Positions 1-10,800 of a stretch of DNA of 64,000 nucleotides are shown here, one piece after another (position 1 is the stretch's first letter; every line of letters starts with the position of its first letter). The DNA lies in NCBI GenBank assembly GCA_965240325.2, contig OZ251248.1, positions 372,001 through 436,000 of the forward strand, written 5' to 3'. Both the position numbers and the translations under genes were made by a program. Source of the stretch: Rebecca billardiae RCC1528 (lineage: Eukaryota > Protista > Haptophyta). Below the pieces are notes generated by a model that did no database searches, had not been told where the DNA came from, and saw only the letters and a program-made list of their open reading frames with translations.

Positions 1-190
1 GCGCGGTGGCAGGACAGTGGGACAGCGCCGCGCAACTGCTGGGGTGGCGCGGCGCCCGGCTACGCTCGACGAGCGACGAGCGCGCGCGGCCGTGTGCGCG
101 CACGCAACGCACACGCGCTCGCGCCGCCCACGCGCGCGCCCACGCGCACGCGCGGGTGCACGCCGCAAGCAGCAAGTGAGTAGTACCCAC

Positions 191-995
191 CTGGGTAATG
201 CCGCGAATATTCTCATCGATCTTGTCGTCTGTGAGTAGCTGGCGCGTCGTGTCGCGGCCGGACGGGTCGCCGACCTTGGTGGTGCCGCCGCCGACGAGCA
301 CGACGGGCTTGTGCCCGCATTGCTGCGCGCCGCCGCCGCCGCCGCGCGCGCCACAACCCGCGCGCGCGCGCGGTCGGAGGTTAGCCGCAGCGTATGCGCG
401 CGGAGCGACGGCAGGCGATCTAGCTGCGGTCGGCGCGCGGCGTGCGCGCGCGCGCGCAGCGCCGCGCCGCGCCGCAACGAGCCCTGCGCGGCGCCACGCC
501 CACGAGCAGCCGGCGGCTCGCTGTCCCACGGCCCCATCGGCCGCCCCCGCGGCCGCACACCGCGCCGGCGCCGCGCGCTCCTGAGCGGCGCACCTGCAAT
601 TTGCGCAGGACCATGATTTGCAGGAGGGAGCCCACATGCAGGCTGCTGGCGGTGGCGTCGAAGCCGAGGTAGACGGGGACGCTCGTCGTGCTCATCAGCT
701 CGTCGAGCGCCTCGATGTTCGAGCACTGGTACAGGTACCCGCGCGACTGCATCGCGCGCAGGAAGGACGAGGCGAGGGGCTTAGCAGAGTCCACCGCCGC
801 CGCCGCCTCGTCCGCCTCGACCGCGCCCGTCGCGGCGAGCCGGATCGGCCGGCGGAGCAGCGCGGGGCCGCGTCCGAGCACGCGTGACGCGCTCGCGACG
901 CGCGCGCCGGCGTGCGCCCCGGCGCGCAACGCCGCGGCGCTCGCGATCGACGCGCCGAGCGTGACGATCATCACGTAGGCCGAGCGAGGCAGCAT
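191..995 (-). CDS. TyrRS: Tyrosyl-tRNA synthetase, bacterial/organellar type, 5' exons only (exon1 995-594, exon2 322-191; gene continues beyond window start)
   Basis: Spliced translation gives [23 protein letters not shown]...[12 protein letters not shown]...[27 protein letters not shown]|[30 protein letters not shown]. This contains the class I HIGH-type motif (HVGS) and the GDPSGR signature. Introns are GT..CAG (593-323, and one starting at 190). The N-terminal leader is hydrophobic. Confidence 0.95.
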
Positions 996-1240
996 CGCAA
1001 TGGACGTCGCGCCGGGAGACAGTTCGCGCGACTCCGGGATGTCTCGCCCGGTTGTCCGGAAGGCCGGGCATTTTCGCCGCGCCATATTATTTTGCGTATA
1101 CACCAGCATCATTTTTCGGCGCTTATTTGGGTCGGGCGTCGGAATTAATCATACGCCGCGCGTCGGAACTCGCGGCTGCGGACGACGGCCAGCGCCATTC
1201 TGTAATATTATTGACTGCTCCGCGCCGCGCCGCTCAGCCG

Positions 1241-2609
1241 TCAGCGGTGATAACCGCGCGCGCACGCGGGCGGCGGGATGCCCGGGTGCGCGCCCATGAA
1301 CGCACCGGGCGGCGGCGCAGCCGAGCGCCCGACGTCGAAGCCGCGCCGCTCGCCGCGCACGCCCACGACCGCGCCGTGCGCGGGCCCGCCCGGCTGCGTG
1401 TGCTGATGCGCCGGGTGGTGGTGGTGACAGCAATGGCCGCCGCCCAGCGGCGGCTCGCCCATCGCCATGCCGGATGCCATGCCGCCGCCCGGCCCCGGCG
1501 GCGCCGCGTGGCCAACGACCGCACCCGCGTAGATCGGCGCGCCGGGCGCGGCGCCGTGCGGCGGCGGCGCGGGCGGCGCGCACACGTGGCCAAACGCCAC
1601 GCCCGCGCCCGAGCCCGGCAGCGGGCCGCTGTCGGCGTGCTGCGCGCCGCCGTGCCCGTCGCAGCCGCCGCCGTACGGCGAGCCGTGCGCCGCCACCATC
1701 CTCGGCTGGCCGTGTGCGGGCCCGGCGCCAGCCGTGCCGATCGGGAGCCCCAGCGCGGGCTGCTGCTGCTGCGGCTGCTGCTGCGGCGGCGGCGCGGTGG
1801 CGTAGCCGTGCGCGGGCGCAGCGCCGCCGCCCGGCCCGATCCGGTCTGGCCGGCCGCACGCCGGGCCGCCGCCCTGCGGCGCGCACGCGCCGCCGGGGCG
1901 CGGCCTCCCCATGCTGAGCGCGCGCGCGCAGCGCACGCCCGCGCCGCCCTCGGCGTCGGCGCCGAGCGCCGCCGAGCACGCGCCGCCGGCGCGCAGCCCC
2001 TGGATCAAACCCGCCTGCGCGTTGAGCCCGGCGGCGGCGCCGCCGAGCCCGGCCGCGGCCGCCGCCGCCGCCGCCTCGCGGACGAGGGAGCCCTCGACGG
2101 CGGCGCGCGACGCGGCGCTGTGCATGCCCGCGCTGCCGGCGGCGCGCGCGCCCTCGGAGGCGGCGAGGGCGCGCATCTCGGCGGCGGAGGGCATGGCTCG
2201 GCCGTCGCAGCCCATCCCCCCCCTGTGTCCGCCTCCCCTCGGCGCGCCGCCGCCGCCGCCGCCGCCGGCGGCGGCGGCGGCGCACGCTCGCAGCTGCCGA
2301 AGCGCCGCCGCCCGCGCCGCGGCCTCGTGCTGCGAGCCGCCGCCGCCGCCGCCGCCGTAAGCGCCGCCGCCGCCGCCGCCGTCGCAGCCGCCGTGCTCGA
2401 AGCGGCGGTCGAAGGCCTCGGCGCGGCTGCCTGCACCGAACGCGGCGACCGCGGCGGCGGCGGCTGCGCCGCCGCCGCCGCCGCCCGCGCCATGGTGTGC
2501 CACAGAGGCCGGCGGCATGCGGTGCTGCTGCCTCGCACACTCGTGCCCGCCCATGGCGGCGGCGGCGGCGGCGGCGGCGGCCGCCGCCGTGCGCTGCAGC
2601 TGGAGCCCC

Positions 2610-2644
<35 letters not shown>

Positions 2645-5600
2645 AATCCGCTGCAGCGCCCACGCGAGCGTCTGCCGCGCGTCCGCGTCCATCGCGCCCT
2701 CGACCCCGCCCAGCCGGCCAAGTGACGACGCGGCGGCGGCGGCGGCGGCGTTGTGCGCCTCCGCCGCGCTCACCGGTCGGCGCGCGCCCGCGCCCGAGCG
2801 CGGCGGCAGCAGCAGCTGCTCGCCGCCGCCGCCGCAGAGGGCGCGCGATGTGGCCAGCATGCTCTCCAGAGCGCCGCCATCCAGGCCGCCAAGACTGACG
2901 GCCGCGGCCGAGGTCTGCCCTCCGATCGCGAGCGCGCGCGCGCGCTCGCCCGCCGCGCCGCCGCCGTAGAGCACCGCCGCCGCCACCGCCGCCGCCGAGC
3001 ACGCCGGCGGCGCGGGCGCGCACGACGCGCCGATGAACGGCGCGCTCGCGTGCGCGGAACAGCCGTGCGCGGGCGACGGCGTGCCGACGACGACGCCGGA
3101 CACAGGGGGCAGCCCCGCGCCCAGCGACGCGCCGGACAGCAGACCGGGCAGCGAGCGTGACGCCTCGGGCAGCGACATGGGCGCCGGCGCGTACTCCGGG
3201 TACTCCGGGTACTCCGCGCCGCCACCGTGGCCGCAGCCGTGGCCAGCGGCGGCCGCGGCGGCCGCGGCGGCTCGGCGCAGCGCGGCCGCCTGCTCGAGCC
3301 GTGCGCGCGCGCCGTGCGCGCCGCCGTATACGTCAGCGTCTGTCGCTAGCCCAGCGCAGCCGTGCTGCGCTGTACAGCCGGAGGAGCGGAGCGCCGCCGC
3401 GCTCTGCAGCTGCTCGAGCAGCGCCCGCGCCCGCGCCTCCATCGCCGCGCTGCCAGGCGGCGCGCCGCCGCCGCCGCCGCCGCCGCCGCAGCAACCGCCG
3501 CCGCCGCCGCCGCCGCCGCGGGCCGCGGCGAGCTCGGCCGCCGCGGTGCGAGCGCGCGCGGCCAGCGCCACCGCCGCCGCCGCATCCACGCCCTCCGCGC
3601 CGCCGCCGACGCCGCTCACCGCTCTGAGCAGCTCCGCCGCATGCGCCTCCCAGCGCGCGCCCGCAGCGCTTGCGGGGAGATTGCAATCTCGGCAGCCGGG
3701 GAGATTGCAATCTCGGCAGCGCGAGCCCGCGCCGAGGGCTGCAAGGAGCGCGCCGCCGCCGCCGCCAAACCCGGCGGAGAGGGCGGCGCTGGTGCTAGCG
3801 GTGACGCCCGCGGCCGCGCCCATCGCGGCCGCGCTCGCGCCGCCGCCGCACCCGCCGCTCATCGGAATCCCCATGATGGCGGCGGCGGCGGCGGCGCTGG
3901 CAGCGCGCCCCCCTGCGCCCGCGCCGTGCGCCGCGCACGCCGGCGGCGCGCCGTGCGCGCGGCCCGGCCCGTGCGCCGTGCAGCCCGCGCGCAGCAGCGT
4001 CTCGTCCACCTCGGCGCCGCACCGACCAGCAGCGAGATCGCGATCTCGCAGCTGGTCGCCGCCGCCGCCCTCCGACCAGCTGCGAGATCGCGATCTGGGC
4101 AGGCTGGCGGGAGAGGCTGAGCCTGGTCGCCCGCGCGGCGGCGCCGCGCCGCGCGCACCCGCCGGCTGCCGCGCGGCGCTCGACTCGGCGCAGAGCGCGA
4201 GCGCGGCCGCGTGCTGCACATCCTCCGCCTGCGCGTGGCAGCAGCGCACGGGGCAGCGCGCGCGCGGCGGCATCGCACGCGGCCCGGCCGTCAGAGCAGG
4301 CGCGTGCGCGCGCGCGAGAGAGCACACGGGCAGGGCAGCAGGCGAGCGCGCGGCGCGAGGGTGCGGATCCGGGCGCGAGATTGCAATCTCAGCAGCGCGG
4401 TCCCGGGCGCGAGCCCACGCGGCCGGCCCGCCGGGCTGCCGAGGTTGCACTCCCCCAGCCCGCGCTGCGGAGATTGCAATCTCCCGCCCGCGCTGCCGCC
4501 GCGCCTCCCACATGCGCGCGCGCGCAAGCAACGGGCCAAACCATCGCGCCGCGGGCCGCGGCGCGCGGCGCGCGGCGCGCGGCGCGCGGCGCGAACAGGG
4601 CGCGCTGGCACGCACCTGCGCGCGCGCCTGCGCGCCGCCCTTCGCGAGCGCGTGCACGCCGTCCAGCCCCAGCGCCATGCCGAAGCGCTCGGCCGCCGCC
4701 GCCGCCGCCGCGTAGCGAAGTTCAGACTGCGCGGCGGCGGTGGTCGCGCAGACGCGCGCGGGCGCGCGCGCGGCCGCGCTCGCGCGGTGAGCAGCGCGCA
4801 GGCGTGGCGCACGGTCCGCTCGCGCTGGCGCCGCTTGCGCGCGCGTGCGCGTTGGGCGTCGCGCGCGCGCACCTCCTCCGCACCGCCCGCGCCGCCGCCG
4901 TTCAGCTGCGAGCCCGCCGAGCGAGGCGGGTACGGCGGCGGCGGCGCCTGCCTGCCGCGCTGCGCCGCGCCCGGCGCGCGCGGCGGCAGCATCCGGTTCG
5001 GCTGCGGGAGCGAGCTGGTCGGCATGGCGCCGCACAGCGCGGGGTCGGCCGCGGCGCGGGCGGGCGAGGCGCCGTGCACGGGCGCGCCCATCACCGCCTC
5101 GCCCGCGAACGGCGCGCCGTCCGCTCGCGCGCCGCCGCCGCCGCCGCCGCGCGCGCCGAGCCCGCCAGCGCAGCGGCTGTGCGCGCCACACCGATGCGCG
5201 CCGCCCGCCGCCGCGCCCGCATGGAGCGCGCACGAGCCGTTCGACTGGGCGCACGCGGCGGCTCGGCCGGGCCCGTCGTGCTCCGCGCACCCTGCCTCGG
5301 CTTGCCGCGCGCCACCGCCCGCACCCCTCGCGCCTGGCGGCGCGCTCGCCGCGTGCGCCACGCTGCCGCCGCGGTCGCCTCGCGACCGGTGCCTGGCGCG
5401 CTTGGCTGCGGCGGCAGGTTGCCCGCCCTCGCCCGGCGCGTCCGCGGCGGCGTCATGGCCCTGCGTGTGCTGGAGGAACAGGTCCGTCACGTCGTCCGCG
5501 TCGGGCATCGCCAGGCCCCAGTCCAGGCAGCCGCCCAGCCCGCCGCCCAGCCCGCCGCCCAGCCCGCCGCCCAGCGCGGCGCCAAATCCGAGCGGCGACG

Positions 5601-7401
5601 CCGCGCCGCCCGCGCTTGCCGCGCCCTCGCCGCCGCCCTCGGCGCCGCCCTCGCCACCGGTTCTGAAGGGCTTGCCCTTGCCGCTGCGCGAGGAGTCGAG
5701 CTGCGCGGCGCGCGCGGCGCGAGAGGGCGCGCGTGGGCGGGGGCGTGAGCACCGGCACCGCGCGCGGGCCACACCGCGCGCCCCTGGGAGATTGCAATCT
5801 CGGTGGCTGCGCCTGTGAGATTGCAATCTCGGTGGCGTGGCTCGCTTGCTGCACAGAGGCTGGCTGGCGCGCGCGCGGCCCACAGCGGCCGTGCGCGGCC
5901 GTGCGCCGCGCTGCGCGCCCCGGCCGCGCGCACGCACCTGCGGCATGCTGTCAATGTCCTCCTCGATGAACCAGCGCGGCGGGTGCCGCTGTCGCCTGCG
6001 CTTCTCGCCGCTCCCGCTTGCGCCGCCGCCGCCGCCGCTCCCGCCGCCGCCGCTCCCGCCGCCGCCGCCACCGCCGCCGTCCGCGGCGTGCGCGCGGAGG
6101 CGTGCCTGCTGCGCGCGCTGGTCGAGCAGCGCGCGCGACGCGCGGCGCATCGCCTCGGCCCGTTGCCTGCTCTGCTCGCGCGCGAGCCGCGCCACCGAGA
6201 TTGCGATCTCCCAAAGCCGCGCGGTGCGCGGTGCACCCGGCGTGCCCGCGACAAAGCCCGGGGCGAGGGCGAAGTCGGCGGGCGGCAGCTCGGGGTACGG
6301 CGGGAAGGTGAACGCACCCTCGTCCTGCAGCTTGCGCCGGCGCAGCTGCAGGCCCTCGAGCGGCTCGACCACGCGCGCGCTGCGCGGCATCCGGCGCGCC
6401 GCAATCGACCGACCATCATCGTCGCCCTCGCGCGCAGCGGCGGGCGGCGGCGCGGCGGCGGCGGGCGGCGGCTCAGGCGCGGGCGCGTCGGGTGCCGGTG
6501 CGTGCGCGCGCCCATCTAGCTCGGCCTCGGCGGCCGGGCCGTGCGCCTGCTCGTCGACGGCAGGAGCGCGGTCGCCCTCGGCGGCCGGCGCCGCTGCCGG
6601 CGCCGCTGTTTCGCCAGGTGCTTCGGAGGCGGGTGCGCGCGTCATCGCCACTGCCGGCGCGTCTGAGGCACCGGTGGGCGTCGCGGCACCCGCCCCGTCG
6701 GGCTCGGCGCCCGGCGGCGGCTCCGCTGGAGCGCTCGCCGTGGTGCCTTGCGTGCGGCCGCAGGGCAGCCGCAGTGAAAGGGATGGCTCCGCCTTGCTGC
6801 TGGTAGAAGCTTGCGGCGGTGGCAGGGTTGTTCTGCGCCCTTTCGCTCCACGCCGAGCAAACGCCCGCAACACTGCCACTGCTTCCACTAGTTCTCCGGA
6901 GGGAACTCTGGAACTCACCCGGGTGCAAGCGTGCTGACGCAGCTGTTCAGCCCTGAACACTTGAACAGTGCACAACACAAGGGCAAGGGCAAGGAAGGTC
7001 TTGATGACACAGACAGTGGAGAGTGTCCTTCCACGCGGCGCGCAGCGAATGGGCGTCAAGCCGGGAAGCCAGCCGCTTTGAAAAACCGCAGGGAGAGGGA
7101 GCAGTCGCCGAAGTTCTTCACCGAACGAGTCCGGCGTGGGCGGTCCGACCATCTCGAGCCGATTGCGAGAAGTGCGAACCGCGATGGCGCGCATGCCAAC
7201 GTGGAGTACTTCCACGTCGCGCGGACGACCTTGCCCTTGGCTGTTCCCGCCTCGCTCACGGGCCCCCAGCAGTGACCACTGCGCATGGCGACGCTGGCAG
7301 GAACTCGGGCAGCTCGGTCTGAGCCTCGGTCCAGCGTACTGCAGCGAGCCGGGCGAGCACCGGTGGATCTGTGACCGTTGCGGCCTGGAGGAGGTCGCCA
7401 T
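1241..7401 (-). CDS. Hypothetical Gly/Ala/Pro-rich protein, multi-exon; 5' end uncertain
   Basis: ORFs 4291-7401 and 1241-5290 join in frame through the GT..CAG intron 4872-4727. Further in-frame GT..CAG introns are likely at 5937-5701 and 4615-4229. There are islands of complex sequence (FTFPPYPELPP, HPPRWFIEEDIDSMPQ, ERFGMALGLDGVHALAKG). No family recognised. Confidence 0.55.
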
Positions 7402-7850
7402 GGCTGCGCCGGTGACTTGTTAGATGCCGGCGCGACGCCCCTGCGCGCAGCGCAGCTCCGTGAGCTCGCCCGCTAGGCTGATGGTCCGAGCAGCGTGCCC
7501 CGACGGCCGATGGCAGCGACACTGCCTCACTGGCCCGAGCCGGGCCCGGCCGGACTCGCGCGAGTCTGAGTCAGTAATCGGGCGGACTGGTTCCGGTTCG
7601 CAGTAGTCATAGTGATAGTGGCGGACCGTAGTCCGTACGGCGTACCCCGGAGGTGAGTGGCGCGGGTCTATGAGTATGGAGCAGCGCCTGTGAGTGCCTG
7701 ACAGAGTGCAGGGCCGACTTATGGTTCTGAGACGATCACGACGAATAATTCTGCTCAGATCGATGAGTCATCATGTCTCACGACACTCTAGTGACTCTGA
7801 GAGTGAGATGAGTAGATGATGCGGGATAGTGCGGCGGCGGCAGCGCTGGC

Positions 7851-10800
7851 TCACGCCGCACCGCCGTGGCCGTGGGCGCCGTGGCCCTGCGCGGCGGAGA
7901 GCGCCTGCAGCCGGCACTCGCACGCGCGCTCTCGCTTGCGCAGCATGCGCAGCACCTCATCCTCCTCCTCGGTGCGCGCACCGCTCGCAGGCACGCCCTT
8001 CAGCTCGGCTCCCACCGCGCCAACGCCGCCGGCTCCGCCTGTCGCGCTGACGAGTGCGAGTGGAGTTGGGCTGGCGGAGAGCGCGGAGGGCACAAGCCGG
8101 CGGCGCACGGCCGGGCTGGCCGCGTCGAGACCCGGCGACGACGCCAGCGACGAGTCCCGCCAGCCTGCGACGCCGGCGTCTGGCGGCGACGGCTGCGCGT
8201 CGCGCGCCGCGCCCGCGCCGCCGCGCGCGGGCGAGCTACGCGCAGGCGCGTCGTTGGCCCCGACGGCAGCGCCGTGCTCGAGCGGCGCTGCGCCTGTCCC
8301 GAGCTCGGCGGCGAGCTCGTCGCGTGGCGTCTGGTCCTCGGACGAGCCGCCTGCGTCCGAGGGCGAGGAGGAGAGACGGTCGGCGGCGGCGTCCGCGTCC
8401 TCCGGCGGTCGCACGGCGTCGTCGGCCGCGGCCGCGCGCGGCGGGAGCGGCGGCGCCGGCGATTCCGGCGCGGCCCAGACTGCCGGCTCGGCTGAGCCGC
8501 TACCGACGCCGCGCTCGGCGGCGGCGAGCTCGGCCGCGCCGGCGAGCACCGCCTGGATCTCCGCCGCGTCGAAGCGCTGCCGCTCCCCGAGACCAGCGCG
8601 CTCTACCGGCTCGGCGCCCGCGCCGGGCGCATCAGGCTCGGAGGCGGCGCGCGCGGCGCGCGCGGGCGCGCCGCCACCGTGTGGCGGCGACGACGGCTGC
8701 TCAGCGGCCGCGCCATCCGCCGCCGCCGCCGCGCGCGCGCCGTCGCAGGAGCGCGTGTCGCGCGCAGCCGCCGCGCGCGCAGCCACCGGCCGCGCCGTCG
8801 GCAGCGGCGGCAGCTCGCCAAAGAGCGCCTCCGCCACCACCGCGGAGATGAGCGAATGCAGAGTCGCATCCCTGGCCGCCGCCGCTGCTGCCGATGCCGC
8901 CGCGGCCGCGGCCACGACCGAGGCCTGAGGCGAGAGGGCGGTGGCGGCGGTGGCGGCGAAGATCGGGTTGTCGACGGGCGCGTGCGGCAGCGGGGAGTGT
9001 GGGCCGGCGCCGCCCGCGCCGGGCGATCGCAGGGGCGACGGGCCCAGCGCGAGCGGCGAGCCGGCCGCACCGCCCGGCGAGCCGGCGGCAAGCGGCGATG
9101 TAACGGCCGCCGTAACCGCCACTGGCGGTGACCCCACCCCCAAACCGGTCCCGGCGCCGGCACCGCCCGGAGAGTGCGCGCCGCCCGCGGCCGCGGCTGC
9201 GCGCCGCTGCCGGCGGGCGAGGATCTCGGCGCGGGCGAGGCCGTGGGGCGAGGGCGAGTGTGGCGAGTGCGCGCCGCCCGGCGAGGAGACCGTGGGCGAG
9301 CGCTGCTGCGCCAACGGCTGCTGCTGCCCCACGGCTGCGGCCGCGCGCGACGCTGCGCCTGCCGCCTCAGCCGAGCCCGCGCCGCCGCCCTCGCCGTCAC
9401 TGTCGTCAACGGCTGCGGCGTACGCGAGCGAGATCGGCGGCGGCACGAGCAAGCGGCGCGCGGCGACGGCAGCGGCCTCCTCCTCCGCCGAGGCGGAGGG
9501 CTCGGCGGCCGTGGTGGGCTGTGCTGCTGCCGCCCGCGCCGACGCCGCGGCGGCGCGCGAGCGCGCCCGCCGCTGTAGGGACTCTGCGGCGCCGCGCGCG
9601 CGCGCGCGCTCGGCGCGGCCGCGCGCGAGCGCGGCGCGGCTGCGCGCGGCACGCTGCAGCGCGCTTGCCGCGGCGTGCCGCGCGAGCGCGCGCCGGCCGA
9701 GCACCGAGCGCATCGCCCGCTGCAGCCGCCGTGCGCACGCCAGCGCGCGCGCCGCGAGGCGCGCGGCGCGCGCGCGGCCGCGCGCGCGAGACTGAAGTGT
9801 GTGCGCCGCGCGCGCGCGGCGCGTGGCCTCGCGCGCGGCCGCGGCGGCGTCGTCAGCGAGCGCGATGCGTGCGGCCGCGGGCGTCGCGGCACCACCACCG
9901 GCCATGGCGGGCGTGGGCGACGACAGGACCAGGTCGTCCGCCTCGCGAGACACGCCGCCGCCAGCGCGGCGCGGCGGCGTCCGCGTCGGCGGCGCGTCGG
10001 CGCGCGCCGCCGCGGCCGCAGCGGCCGCCGCGCGCGCGAGCGCGCCGCCGCCGGCGGGCTCCGGCTCGGGCTCGGCATCGATGGAGGCGCCGATGCCGTA
10101 CCTCGCGCGCAGCTCGCGCAGCTTGAGCTCCACAGACGCGCGCGCCGCCGCCTCCAGCTCCGACTCCGCTGCGCTCGGCGCCGCGCCCTCCGCCCAGCCG
10201 CCGTCGGCGCCGCCGCCGTCGGCGCCGCCGGCGCCGCGCGCCGCCGCGCTCGGTGCCGCCCAGGCCGCCGTTGACGCGGAGGCCGCGGCCGCCGCCGCGC
10301 CGGCGGCGGATGGCGCGGCGGTCGTTGGGCTCGTGCTCGCGACGGCGGCGGCGCGTGCAGGCCCGCCAACCCCAACGCCGCCACCGCCGCCGCCAACAAC
10401 CACGCCGCTGCCACCGCCGCCGGCCGCGCCGCGCGCGCTGCCGCCGCCGCCGACAGAAGCGCCGGCCGCGCCGCCGACCGCCGCGCCGGCCGCGCCGCCG
10501 GCCGCAGCACTCGGCTGCTGCAGCGCTTCGAGGAGCGCCGAGGTGGCGGCGGCTGCAGCCTCGGCCTGGCTCGTCGGCGCGCGGGGCGCAGCCGGCACAG
10601 CCGCGGGCTGCGCCGCCGCAACCTCCGCTGCCGCCGCCGTGCCATCGGCCGCTGGCAGCCCAGCCCTGGCGCAACCCGCCCCCGTCGTCGCCGCCGCGGC
10701 CGCGGCCGCGTCGGCTGCAGGCTTCGCCGCCGGCGCGTCGGCCGCGTCGCGCCCGGCGAGGAGCGGCGAGCGAAGCAGCGCGCTCGCGCGCGCGCTCAGC

